Shown here piece by piece: positions 10,397 through 19,464 of a stretch of 38,344 nucleotides of DNA. Source of the DNA: an uncultured Bacillota bacterium. Its GTDB lineage: Bacteria > Bacillota_I > Bacilli_A > Erysipelotrichales > Erysipelotrichaceae. A model generated the notes under the pieces. That model searched no databases. It saw only the letters and a program-made list of their open reading frames with translations, and had not been told where the DNA came from. Location of the stretch: the NCBI GenBank assembly GCA_949291625.1, contig CASEWY010000119.1, positions 1-38,344 on the forward strand, in the 5' to 3' direction. The stretch's first letter is position 1. Each line of letters begins with the position of its first letter. The translations under genes and the position numbers were made by a program.

Positions 10397-12094
10397 ATGA
10401 AACTAAAAAATAGTTTTTTTTATACTTTAAGAGAAAATGTAAAAGATGAAGATTCCATTAGTTCCAATCTATTAGTTAGAGCAGGAATGATAAAAAAATC
10501 ATCTGCTGGGGTATATATGTTATTGCCTCTTGGATATAAAGTAATCGAGAATATCGAAAAAATTATCAAAGAGGAAATGGATAAAACTGGTGCTCAACAA
10601 TTGCAGATGCCAGCATTGATTAGTGAAGATGTATATGTTCAAAGTGGAAGAAGAGCTAACTTTGGTAATTCAATGTTTAGTTTAAAAGACCGTTTTAATA
10701 AACCATTTGTTTTAGGTCCAACCCATGAAGAATTATTTGCTTTAGCAGCAGCTATGAAAATTCGTTCTTATAAAGATATGCCTTTCTCATTATATCAAAT
10801 TCAAACTAAATTTCGCGATGAGCCACGTCCACGCTATGGCTTAATTCGTGTAAGAGAATTCATGATGAAAGATGCTTATACCTTTGATACAAATGAAGAA
10901 GGTTTGGATATCGCCTATAAAAAACAATTCGATGCTTATGTTAATATTTTTAATCGTTTAAAATTAGATTATCGTATCGTAAAAGCTGATACAGGTGTTA
11001 TGGGTGGTCTATTAAGTGAAGAATTTCAAGCAGTTAGCGCCATAGGAGAAGATGTTTTAGTCTTATGTGATTCATGTGATTATGCTTCCAATCTTGAAGT
11101 ATCCAAATGCATAAATACTAAGATGGATAAAGAAGAACCTAAGCAAATGGAAATGATGGAAACACCAAATGCTAAAACTATTGAAGAGGTTGCTAATTTC
11201 TTAAATCTTGAAAAAGAACGATTTGTAAAAACTTTAATATATCTTGTTGATAATAAGCCTTATGCAATCATGGTTAGAGGTAATCGTGAAGTAAATGAAA
11301 CAAAAGTTAGAAAATTATTACAAGCTAATGATATTGAATTAGCACCTTCAAATATTGTTGAAGAAGTTACTAATGCTCAGGTAGGTTTTGCTGGACCAAT
11401 CAATATTAAATGCCCTATCATCATGGATGAAGAAGTTAGTTATATGTCTAATTTCATTGTTGGTGCAAATAAAACTAATTATCATTATATTAATGTTAAT
11501 ACTTCAGACTTTGAAGCACAATATATTGCGGATATCCGTCAAATTCAAGAAAATGATATTTGCCCTATTTGTGGCGGTAAGATTCATTTTAAACATGGTA
11601 TTGAAGTAGGTAATACTTTTAAGTTAGGAACTAAATATTCTAAGGCTTTAAATTTAGAATACTTGGATGCTAATAATAAATTAAATCCTGTATGGATGGG
11701 AAGTTATGGAATCGGCTTAGGACGTTGCATGGCAGCTATTGCTGAGCAATATAATGATGAAAATGGTTTAATTTGGCCATTGAGTATTGCACCTTATAAA
11801 TTATCTATTGTGGTGATATCTACTAAAGATGAAGCCCAAAATAACTTAGCTAATAAAATTTATGACTACTTCACTTCAAAAGGTATTGATGTTCTATTAG
11901 ATGATAGAGATGAAAGACCTGGTGTTAAATTTAAGGATATGGATTTAATCGGAATTCCTTATCGAATTACCGTTGGTAAAAAGAGTATAGAAAATATTGT
12001 AGAATTTAAATCAAGAAATAGCGAAGAAAAACTTGAATTAACTCTAGATGATTTATTTAAAAAATTAGATCAAATATTTGATCAAGAACTATAA
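10397..12094 (+). CDS. proS: proline--tRNA ligase, bacterial type with INS editing domain
   Basis: The conserved N-terminus MKLKNSFFYTLRE starts at ATG 10397, 8 nt after GGAGG. The track start at 10367 is a GTG with no RBS. Class II motifs (FRDEPRPRYGLIRVREF) are present. Confidence 0.94.
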   Translation: MKLKNSFFYTLRENVKDEDSISSNLLVRAGMIKKSSAGVYMLLPLGYKVIENIEKIIKEEMDKTGAQQLQMPALISEDVYVQSGRRANFGNSMFSLKDRFNKPFVLGPTHEELFALAAAMKIRSYKDMPFSLYQIQTKFRDEPRPRYGLIRVREFMMKDAYTFDTNEEGLDIAYKKQFDAYVNIFNRLKLDYRIVKADTGVMGGLLSEEFQAVSAIGEDVLVLCDSCDYASNLEVSKCINTKMDKEEPKQMEMMETPNAKTIEEVANFLNLEKERFVKTLIYLVDNKPYAIMVRGNREVNETKVRKLLQANDIELAPSNIVEEVTNAQVGFAGPINIKCPIIMDEEVSYMSNFIVGANKTNYHYINVNTSDFEAQYIADIRQIQENDICPICGGKIHFKHGIEVGNTFKLGTKYSKALNLEYLDANNKLNPVWMGSYGIGLGRCMAAIAEQYNDENGLIWPLSIAPYKLSIVVISTKDEAQNNLANKIYDYFTSKGIDVLLDDRDERPGVKFKDMDLIGIPYRITVGKKSIENIVEFKSRNSEEKLELTLDDLFKKLDQIFDQEL

Positions 12095-12095
12095 A

Positions 12096-12142
12096 AATAA
12101 AAAAGCTTAGATATGTATTTAAACATTTATCTAAGCTTTTTT
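12096..12142. terminator. bidirectional Rho-independent terminator between convergent proS and fucO
   Basis: AAAAGCTTAGATATGT-ATTTAA-ACATTTATCTAAGCTTTT, a long stem with one TT bulge. It is flanked by an A-run on the left and a T-run on the right, so it is followed by U-runs on both strands. Confidence 0.8.
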
Positions 12143-12147
12143 AATAA

Positions 12148-13296
12148 CTATTTTAATAAAGATTTATATAATTCTTTGATTTCAGCTACACTAGTTTCAC
12201 GAGGATTACCAGGTCTACAAGCATCAGCATATGCACTTTCACTTAAGAAATCAAGATCTTCTTCTTTAACAATGCCTTTCAATGTTGTAGGAATACCTAC
12301 ATCACTAGATAATTGTTTAACTGCATCGATAGCAGCTTTACGATAAGTTTCTTGATCCATTCCAGTAGTATCAACACCCATTGCTTCAGCAATGTATTTA
12401 TATTTATCACCAGTTACACATGCATTATATTCCATAACCGTTGGTAAGATAATTGCATTAGCAATTCCATGAGGTGTATCATATAAAGCTCCTAAAGGAT
12501 GAGCCATTGAGTGAACAATACCTAAGCCTACATTTGAGAATCCCATACCAGCAATATATTGACCTAAAGCCATACCTTCACGTCCTTCAGGTGTATTTTC
12601 TACTGCACCACGTAAACTCTTAGAAATAATTTCAATAGCTTTCAAATGGAACATATCGCTCATTTCCCAAGCACCAGCTGTGATATAACCTTCAATTGCA
12701 TGAGTTAAAGCATCCATACCAGTTGCAGCAGTTAAACCTTTAGGCATTGTGCTCATCATATCAGGGTCTACGAAAGCAACACAAGGTATATCATGAGTAT
12801 CAACACAAACCATTTTTCTATTCTTTTGAGCATCAGTAATTACATAGTTAATTGTAACTTCAGCAGCTGTACCTGCAGTAGTTGGAACTGCAAAAATTGG
12901 TGTACATTTATTCTTAGTTGGAGCAACTCCTTCCAAACTACGAACATCAGCAAATTCAGGGTTTTTATCAATGATACCAACTGCTTTAGCAGTATCCATT
13001 GAACTACCACCACCAATAGCGATGATATAATCAGCATTTGCATCATGCAATGCTTTTACCCCTGCTTGTACATTTTCAATTGTTGGATTAGGTTTAATAT
13101 CAGAATATAATTCATATGCTAATCCAGCTTCATCTAATAAATCAGTTACTTTTTTAGTAACATTAAATTTAATTAGATCTGGGTCTGAACAAACTAAAGC
13201 TTTTTTAAATCCTCTTGCTTTAGCCTCAGTAACAATTTCTTTGATGGCATCTTTGCCATGGTAGCTTACTTCATTTAATACAAATCTATTAGCCAT
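12148..13296 (-). CDS. fucO: iron-containing alcohol dehydrogenase, lactaldehyde reductase / 1,2-propanediol oxidoreductase type
   Basis: 382 aa, near-collinear with E. coli FucO as I remember it (MANR..LNE, NPEFADVRSLEG, PTTAGTAAEVTINYVITD, DALTHAIEGYIT, GFSNVGLGIVHSMAHPLGA). Confidence 0.88.
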   Translation of the reverse strand: MANRFVLNEVSYHGKDAIKEIVTEAKARGFKKALVCSDPDLIKFNVTKKVTDLLDEAGLAYELYSDIKPNPTIENVQAGVKALHDANADYIIAIGGGSSMDTAKAVGIIDKNPEFADVRSLEGVAPTKNKCTPIFAVPTTAGTAAEVTINYVITDAQKNRKMVCVDTHDIPCVAFVDPDMMSTMPKGLTAATGMDALTHAIEGYITAGAWEMSDMFHLKAIEIISKSLRGAVENTPEGREGMALGQYIAGMGFSNVGLGIVHSMAHPLGALYDTPHGIANAIILPTVMEYNACVTGDKYKYIAEAMGVDTTGMDQETYRKAAIDAVKQLSSDVGIPTTLKGIVKEEDLDFLSESAYADACRPGNPRETSVAEIKELYKSLLK

Positions 13297-13322
13297 TTTA
13301 ATCTCTCCTTCTATTTGTTATT

Positions 13323-13350
13323 ATTTTAGCATGTTATTGTTTTAACACAA
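13323..13350 (-). promoter_or_regulatory. putative fucO promoter (TTGTGT-16-TGC-TAAAAT) overlapped by a Rex-like box
   Basis: The minus strand reads ATTGTGTTAAAACAATAACATGCTAAAAT. It has an extended -10, TGnTAAAAT. TGTTAA-AACA-ATAACA (13332..13347) matches the clostridial Rex half-sites TGTTAA-N4-TTAACA at 11/12. Confidence 0.35.
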
Positions 13351-13405
13351 TACACAAATGACTATATATGTAATTAAATTTTACATTTTATCTAATCTGT
13401 AACAT

Positions 13406-13432
13406 AAAGAGTGAACATTTAGTTCACTCTTT
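13406..13432 (-). terminator. hairpin terminator after the hyd-operon TetR gene
   Basis: An 11-bp perfect stem AAAGAGTGAAC / GTTCACTCTTT with a 5-nt loop begins 3 nt after the TAA stop. On the minus strand it is followed by TTTATGTT (short U-tract). Confidence 0.6.
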
Positions 13433-13434
13433 AA

Positions 13435-13986
13435 TTAATATAAAATTAGATTTGCTAATTGGGTAGGCATAGCTTTAATAAGATTTCTTGCAACCACTTT
13501 TTCACTAGGATATAAATCATTTTTAAGCCACTCTATAGTCATATAAATACAACCATAACAATATAAACGTAAAGCAAAATCTAAGTCTTCATTGATACTA
13601 TCTACTTTTAATTTACTTAATATTACATTTAAATAAAAATTATAAATACAATTAAAATCATAATTTATTAATGAATTACAATCTGCTATCAAAAAAGCTT
13701 GCCTAAAAAAGTTTTGTTCCTTACGAATATATTGAAACTTTTTAATTAAACCTTCTTCAAGTGTCAAACCATTACCCATTTTTTTAAATGATTTATCAGC
13801 TATTTTCTCAAAATACCAATTTACTAAATCAAATTTATCTTTAAAATATCGATAAAAGGTTTGTCTAGTCATACCACAATTATCTACAATATCTTTTACA
13901 GTAATTTTATTAATATGATAAGTATTCATTAACTCAATTAAGGAGTTAGCTAACCAATATTTGGTTTTGTCATTATTATCTATCAT
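13435..13986 (-). CDS. TetR/AcrR-family transcriptional regulator (DhaS-like subgroup)
   Basis: 183 aa with an N-terminal HTH, ITVKDIVDNCGMTRQTFYRYFKDKFDLVNWYF. The start overlaps the hydA stop (ATGA), so it is translationally coupled as the last gene of the hydrogenase operon. Confidence 0.85.
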   Translation of the reverse strand: MIDNNDKTKYWLANSLIELMNTYHINKITVKDIVDNCGMTRQTFYRYFKDKFDLVNWYFEKIADKSFKKMGNGLTLEEGLIKKFQYIRKEQNFFRQAFLIADCNSLINYDFNCIYNFYLNVILSKLKVDSINEDLDFALRLYCYGCIYMTIEWLKNDLYPSEKVVARNLIKAMPTQLANLILY

Positions 13987-15734
13987 TGGATTTTAAATTT
14001 TATCTTTTGTGAATATGTAGTATGTAACAATTTATGAGCTAGATGTGAGCCTGGTTTCTCAAGATAGTTTTCATATAAAGCCTGGATCTGCGTATTCTCA
14101 TGAGATTTTCTTACTTCGCAAAGCTTATCTTCATCATATAGAACTTTTGTTCTTAATGCTTTATAATCGACATCATTATTTTTAATTCTACTAGAAACAA
14201 TAGATTGACCACCACCGTTGATACAACCACCAGGACAACCCATAATTTCAATAAAATGATATGGACTGCAATGATTCTTTACATCTTCTAATAAAGGTTT
14301 AGCATTAGTCATTCCTGAAGCAATTGCTACTTTAACATCAATATCATTGATTTTAATTGTAGCATGTTTTACTCCTTGTAAACCTCTTACTTCTTCAAAG
14401 TCAATTTTAGCTAATTCTTTATGTTCTAATATCTCTTTAACTGTTCTTAAGGCAGCTTCCATAACTCCACCAGTTGCGCCAAAGATTACAGCTGCTCCAG
14501 AATATTCTCCAAACATATCATCATCAAATTCTTCATCTGGTAAATCTTTTAAATCAATGCCATACATCTTTAATAGACGTCCACATTCTCTAGTAGTTAG
14601 TACTGCATCTACATCTGGATATTCATTAGTTAAGCATTCATTACGCTTAATTTCAGATTTTTTTGCAGTACATGGCATAATAGAAACAACAAAAATATCT
14701 TTAGGATCTATACCTTTAACTTTTGCATAATATGATTTTAACATTGCTCCTAACATCATATGAGGAGATTTACAACTACTTAAATTATCTAAAATTTCAG
14801 GATATTCATATTCTGCATATCTAATCCATCCTGGACTACATGAAGTTATCATAGGTAATACACCATTATTTTGTAATCTTTCGATAAATTCCGTACCTTC
14901 TTCCATAATGGTTAAATCGGCTCCAAAATTGGTATCATATACTCTATTAAAACCAACTCGTCTTAATCCTGCTACCATTTTACCTGTTACTCTAGTACCA
15001 ATTGGCATATTGAATTCTTCGCCTAGCGATGCTCTAACAGCTGGTGCAGTTTGTACTATAACATGTTTAGTCTTATCATTTAAAGCTTGAACAACACGAT
15101 GTATATCTTCCTTTTCACTTAAGGCACCTACTGGACAATTAATAACACATTGACCACATTGCATGCAATTTACATCTGCAAAACTTTTGTCCATAACTGG
15201 AGCAACTTTAGTATTAAATCCTCGATTTTGAAAACCTAAAATACCTAATCCTTGAACTTTTTTACAAGTTTCAACGCATCTACCACATAAAATACATTTA
15301 CTAGAATCTCTTACGATACCATAGCTAAAATCATCAAAGCTAACTGGTGTATGTTCACCATTAAATTTATCTTCTCTAATACCTAATTCTTCCGTTAAGC
15401 GTTGTAATTCACAATTTTGATTTCTAACGCAACTCAAACAATTTTTAGAATGATTAGATAAAATCAATTCAACACTATTTTTTCTTGCTTGAATAGCCCT
15501 ATTACTATGAGTATATACTTCTAAGCCTTCAGAAACAGGATAAACACAAGCTGCTGCTAAATTTTTAGCATTTTTAACTTCTACTAAACAAACGCGACAA
15601 TTTCCACTTTTATTTACATCTTTTAGATAACATAAAGTTGGAATATTAATGCCAGCTTTTTTTGCAGCAGTTAAGATTGTATCATTTTCATCACAACGAA
15701 CATTTATATTATTAATTTTAATATTTACGCTCAT
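13983..15734 (-). CDS. hydA: [FeFe] hydrogenase catalytic subunit HydA (multimeric NAD/ferredoxin-linked, group A3-like)
   Basis: 583 aa. It has an N-terminal plant-type [2Fe-2S] (CYLKDVNKSGNCRVCLVEV), FeS domains CILCGRCVETC and CMQCGQCVINCP, and H-cluster motifs L1 TSCSPGW (variant), L2 MPCTAKKSE and L3 EIMGCPGGCINGGGQ. Confidence 0.95.
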   Translation of the reverse strand: MSVNIKINNINVRCDENDTILTAAKKAGINIPTLCYLKDVNKSGNCRVCLVEVKNAKNLAAACVYPVSEGLEVYTHSNRAIQARKNSVELILSNHSKNCLSCVRNQNCELQRLTEELGIREDKFNGEHTPVSFDDFSYGIVRDSSKCILCGRCVETCKKVQGLGILGFQNRGFNTKVAPVMDKSFADVNCMQCGQCVINCPVGALSEKEDIHRVVQALNDKTKHVIVQTAPAVRASLGEEFNMPIGTRVTGKMVAGLRRVGFNRVYDTNFGADLTIMEEGTEFIERLQNNGVLPMITSCSPGWIRYAEYEYPEILDNLSSCKSPHMMLGAMLKSYYAKVKGIDPKDIFVVSIMPCTAKKSEIKRNECLTNEYPDVDAVLTTRECGRLLKMYGIDLKDLPDEEFDDDMFGEYSGAAVIFGATGGVMEAALRTVKEILEHKELAKIDFEEVRGLQGVKHATIKINDIDVKVAIASGMTNAKPLLEDVKNHCSPYHFIEIMGCPGGCINGGGQSIVSSRIKNNDVDYKALRTKVLYDEDKLCEVRKSHENTQIQALYENYLEKPGSHLAHKLLHTTYSQKIKFKIQ

Positions 15735-15736
15735 GT

Positions 15737-17533
15737 TTATCTCCTTTCAATCGCATGGAAACGACAAGCACTATAACAAGCACCACATTTTATACATTTA
15801 CTAGTATCGATATGATATGGTTCTTTACCTGGCACACCACTGATTGCCCCAACTGGACAATTCTTAGCACATAATGAACATTTACGGCACAAATCACTTT
15901 TAACTTGATAAGTTAATAGAGCTTTACAAACTCCAGCTGGACAACGTTTGTCTACAACATGAGCTTCATATTCTGCTCTAAATTGCTTTAAAGTAGAAAG
16001 GATTGGATTTGGTGCTGTTTGACCTAAGCCACATAATGCAGTTTGCTTAATCTCATAACAAAGTTTTTCCATCTCATCTAAGATTTCTAAACCACCCTCA
16101 CCTTTAGTAATTTTAATTAACATTTCTAATAAGCGTTTAGTACCAACACGACATGGTGTACATTTTCCGCAACTTTCTTCAACGATAAAATCTAGATAAA
16201 ACCGTGCTACGTCAACCATACAATTATCTTCATCTAAGACAATCATACCACCAGAACCCATCATGCTTCCTAGTTCAACTAAGTTATCAAAATCTATTGG
16301 AGTATCTAATTGATCTTCCGTTAAGCATCCACCACTAGGTCCCCCAGTTTGAACTGCTTTAAAGTTCTTATTATTTGGACAACCACCACCTATTTCATAA
16401 ATAATTTCTCTTAGTGTTGTACCCATAGGAATTTCAACTAATCCCGTATTAGTAATCTTTCCTCCTAAAGCAAATACTTTAGTACCTTTAGATTTTTCTG
16501 TACCAATACTAGCAAACCAACTAGCACCATTTAAAATTATTTGTGCTACATTTGCAAATGTTTCAACATTATTAATGATTGTAGGTTTACCCCAAACTCC
16601 ACTTACTGCAGGGAAAGGTGGTTTAGGAACAGGCATTCCTCTTTTACCTTCAATAGACATAATCAAAGCTGTTTCTTCTCCACATACAAAGGCACCAGCT
16701 CCTAAACGAATTTCAAGAGTAAAATCAAAATCTGTACCTAAAATATTCTTGCCTAATAAACCATATTCTTCAGCTTGCTTAATAGCAATTTTTAAACGTT
16801 GTACAGCAATTGGATATTCAGCACGAATATATATATAACCATGATTTGCTCCAATAGCATAACCTGCAATTGCCATTGCCTCAATAACACTATGCGGATC
16901 ACCTTCTAATATTGAACGATCCATAAATGCTCCAGGATCTCCTTCATCAGCATTACAAATAACATACTTTTGACCTTTTGGTTGATTAGCCGCAAATTGC
17001 CATTTAACTCCTGTAGGGAAGCCTCCACCTCCTCTACCTCTTAAACCAGAAGCTTTTATTTCATCGATTACTTCCTGTGGGGTCATTTCTGTAATAGCTT
17101 TTCCTAATGCCATATATCCATCTTTAGCAATATATTCTAAAATATCTTCTGGATTTATAACTCCACAATTTCTTAAAGCAATTCTTTTTTGTTTTGCATA
17201 GAATTTAATTTTATCAATATCTAATATTTTTTCTTTAGTTTCTTCATCAATTTCACTTAATTCTAAGCGTTTAACTACTCTACCTTTATATAGATGTTCC
17301 GAAATAATAACTTCTACATCTTCTACTTTTACATGATTATAAAAAACTTTATCTGGATATATTGCGACGATAGGACCTTTTTGACATAATCCAAAACATC
17401 CCGTTTTAATAACCTTAACTTCTTCCTCTAAGCCATATTGAGGGAGTAGCTCATTAAATTTTTGTACAAGTAAACCCGAGTTACTACTAGTACACCCTGT
17501 ACCGGCGCAAATTAAAACATTTATTCTTTCCAT
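15737..17533 (-). CDS. hydB: NuoF-like NAD(P)H/FMN subunit HydB of bifurcating-type hydrogenase
   Basis: 598 aa. It has an N-terminal thioredoxin-like [2Fe-2S] (CAGTGC...CFGLCQKGP), an FMN/NADH site GLRGRGGGGFPTGVKW, a [4Fe-4S] ESCGKCTPCR, and a C-terminal 2x[4Fe-4S] (CRKCSLCAKNCP, CIKCGACYSAC). Confidence 0.95.
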   Translation of the reverse strand: MERINVLICAGTGCTSSNSGLLVQKFNELLPQYGLEEEVKVIKTGCFGLCQKGPIVAIYPDKVFYNHVKVEDVEVIISEHLYKGRVVKRLELSEIDEETKEKILDIDKIKFYAKQKRIALRNCGVINPEDILEYIAKDGYMALGKAITEMTPQEVIDEIKASGLRGRGGGGFPTGVKWQFAANQPKGQKYVICNADEGDPGAFMDRSILEGDPHSVIEAMAIAGYAIGANHGYIYIRAEYPIAVQRLKIAIKQAEEYGLLGKNILGTDFDFTLEIRLGAGAFVCGEETALIMSIEGKRGMPVPKPPFPAVSGVWGKPTIINNVETFANVAQIILNGASWFASIGTEKSKGTKVFALGGKITNTGLVEIPMGTTLREIIYEIGGGCPNNKNFKAVQTGGPSGGCLTEDQLDTPIDFDNLVELGSMMGSGGMIVLDEDNCMVDVARFYLDFIVEESCGKCTPCRVGTKRLLEMLIKITKGEGGLEILDEMEKLCYEIKQTALCGLGQTAPNPILSTLKQFRAEYEAHVVDKRCPAGVCKALLTYQVKSDLCRKCSLCAKNCPVGAISGVPGKEPYHIDTSKCIKCGACYSACRFHAIERR

Positions 17534-17544
17534 AAGTTAATCTC

Positions 17545-17913
17545 CTACTTTTGATAATTATCAATTGTCAATTCCGTCAATATGCGATCTTTTAAAATAT
17601 GATTTTGTAAAATGGAAATAGCTTTTTCTGGAGTAACATGAACATAAGTAGTTTTAGTATGATCTTCTTGATTAAATACTTCAACAATTGGTTCATATGC
17701 ACATAAGCCTATACATCCTGTTTGGGTAACTATGCAAGGATATTCATTTCTACTTATTTCTTCGATAAGAGTATTTAATACTGGTCTAGCACCTGCTGCA
17801 ATCCCACAGGTAGCCATACCTACTACTACCCTATATTTTTTGTTTACATCGCGCATTTCAACTTTTTTTAATGCTTTTTCACGCATCTTTTTTAAATCTT
17901 CTAAACTTTTCAT
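17545..17913 (-). CDS. thioredoxin-like [2Fe-2S] ferredoxin
   Basis: 122 aa with Cys pairs in MATCGIAAGA and TGCIGLCAYEP. The start overlaps the stop of the upstream GHKL ATPase gene (ATGA). Confidence 0.85.
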   Translation of the reverse strand: MKSLEDLKKMREKALKKVEMRDVNKKYRVVVGMATCGIAAGARPVLNTLIEEISRNEYPCIVTQTGCIGLCAYEPIVEVFNQEDHTKTTYVHVTPEKAISILQNHILKDRILTELTIDNYQK

Positions 17914-18464
17914 TGATTCTCTCCTTTTATTCCTTGATTAATATAATCTTTGATCCATAATAATATATCTGGTTCATAAATTTTAACTTCATCAAGTATT
18001 TTTTTAATTTCTTTAGTTTCAAATAGAAAATTAATTTTATCTTTTTTATAATATAGTACAAAGTCTATATCAGGATTAGCTTGTATACATAACATCATCA
18101 TTTCACCAATATTACCTAAAGGAGGAATATCCCAATGTGAATATGGTAAAGTTGCAATGGTTATAGTACCAATATTAGGTCTACTTTTTATAATCAATTT
18201 ACCATTACATTGATCACATAGACTTTGTAAAAAAGATACACCTAAACCAATTTTTCTAGTCTTTCTAGTAGTTACAAAAGGATTGGTAATATTATTAAGA
18301 AACTCTTGTTCCATACCCTTTCCATCATCTTCTACTATTATTGTTAAAAGATCTTCACTAGTATCTATTTCTATATTACAAATGATATTATTACTACATG
18401 CATGAATACTATTCATCAGTATTTCAATAATATACATAGCTAAATCTTCCATATTTACTCCCAT
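17910..18464 (-). CDS. stand-alone GHKL (histidine-kinase-like) ATPase domain protein
   Basis: 184 aa with an N-box-like EILMNSIHA, a G1-like VEDDGKGM and a G2-like KIGLGVSF. It has no HisKA/DHp domain, sensor domain or TM segment. The real start may be the MEDLAMY Met 12 nt downstream. Confidence 0.8.
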   Translation of the reverse strand: MGVNMEDLAMYIIEILMNSIHACSNNIICNIEIDTSEDLLTIIVEDDGKGMEQEFLNNITNPFVTTRKTRKIGLGVSFLQSLCDQCNGKLIIKSRPNIGTITIATLPYSHWDIPPLGNIGEMMMLCIQANPDIDFVLYYKKDKINFLFETKEIKKILDEVKIYEPDILLWIKDYINQGIKGENQ

Positions 18465-19138
18465 AGCTTATGAAAAATATCTTCATCTAAAGCATTTGTT
18501 TTTTCACTTATATCAACCAAATGATGGGCATCTGAATTAATCATAAAAACTTTATTTTGTAAAAAAGGATACATTTTTTTAATTAATTGAATTTGTTCTT
18601 CACTTTTTACTTCAATAGCATCCGCTTCGATATTTTTAGGGATGAATCCCAATTGATTTATAATACTATTTTTTCGATCTAATACATGGGCTAAAACGAC
18701 AATACCATGATATTTATGTATTTGACTAATACACTCATTTAAACTAATTTGGGTACTAGTAATTAATAAATAAGGATGATTATTTATAACATTATCTTGT
18801 TCATCCATAATTAATTGATTACCAAAATAATGAATATCATTTTTAGTTTTAAGCTTATAAGTATCCAACCATCTATCAAAAGCCATATTATCTTCTAACT
18901 TTTTAAATAATCCTAAAATATGGACTTCTTCCATTGTTTCTACTTCAATTCCATATATTATCTTAATAGTAGTATCTAATTTACTAAATGCTGGTAATTG
19001 TAAGGAAGAGTTATGATCACAAATAGCTATCATATCTAATCCTTTTATCATTGCCATATTGACAATATTATTTGGCGTCATATCATCATCGGCACATGGT
19101 GATAAACATGAATGAATATGAAAATCATAATAAATCAT
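18455..19138 (-). CDS. PHP-domain metal-dependent phosphoesterase
   Basis: 227 aa with YYDFHIHSCLSPCADDD (HxH), AICDHNS and SDAHH motifs typical of the PHP fold. There is an ATGA overlap with the upstream DRTGG gene. Confidence 0.85.
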   Translation of the reverse strand: MIYYDFHIHSCLSPCADDDMTPNNIVNMAMIKGLDMIAICDHNSSLQLPAFSKLDTTIKIIYGIEVETMEEVHILGLFKKLEDNMAFDRWLDTYKLKTKNDIHYFGNQLIMDEQDNVINNHPYLLITSTQISLNECISQIHKYHGIVVLAHVLDRKNSIINQLGFIPKNIEADAIEVKSEEQIQLIKKMYPFLQNKVFMINSDAHHLVDISEKTNALDEDIFHKLWE

Positions 19139-19464
19139 ATCTTTAAACGTACTAATTCTTTAGCGCAGTCATATGCACTATATGATGTTAAAATTAAATT
19201 AACTTGTTCCTCTTTACACTTATTTATAAATTCTTCATCACATGTTGCATTATCGCATAATATGATGCAACTAAATTCTTTCAACAAGCTTACAGCAACT
19301 ACATTTAAATGCGATTGAACTGTAATCCATATTTGATTTTCTTTTCCATTTGCCATAACCCAACTAAGTAAATCACCAATGAATACGCCACTAATTTCCA
19401 TATCTTCATTAGCAATATTAACAAAATTGAATTGTGATATATTCTTTAAATCTTTAATTTTCAT
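19135..19464 (-). CDS. DRTGG-domain protein (paralogue 2)
   Basis: 109 aa. It aligns by eye with the 121-aa paralogue at 21028..21393 (DLLSWV../DLMSDA.., central beta-strand-T-x-x-x-N pattern, C-terminal T/S..Y..D). The family call is from pattern memory. Confidence 0.65.
   Translation of the reverse strand: MKIKDLKNISQFNFVNIANEDMEISGVFIGDLLSWVMANGKENQIWITVQSHLNVVAVSLLKEFSCIILCDNATCDEEFINKCKEEQVNLILTSYSAYDCAKELVRLKI

Noticed and set aside
13406-13432. The perfect 11-bp inverted repeat AGAGTGAAC-N5-GTTCACTCT as a Rex/TetR operator. It shares the AGTGAAC core with the palindrome at 28982-28997.
   Set aside because: The half-site spacing (7 nt between the GTGAA cores) does not fit Rex. It sits immediately after a stop codon and 60-90 nt upstream of the fucO -10. 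An intrinsic terminator hairpin is the simpler explanation, and the shared 7-mer may be chance.
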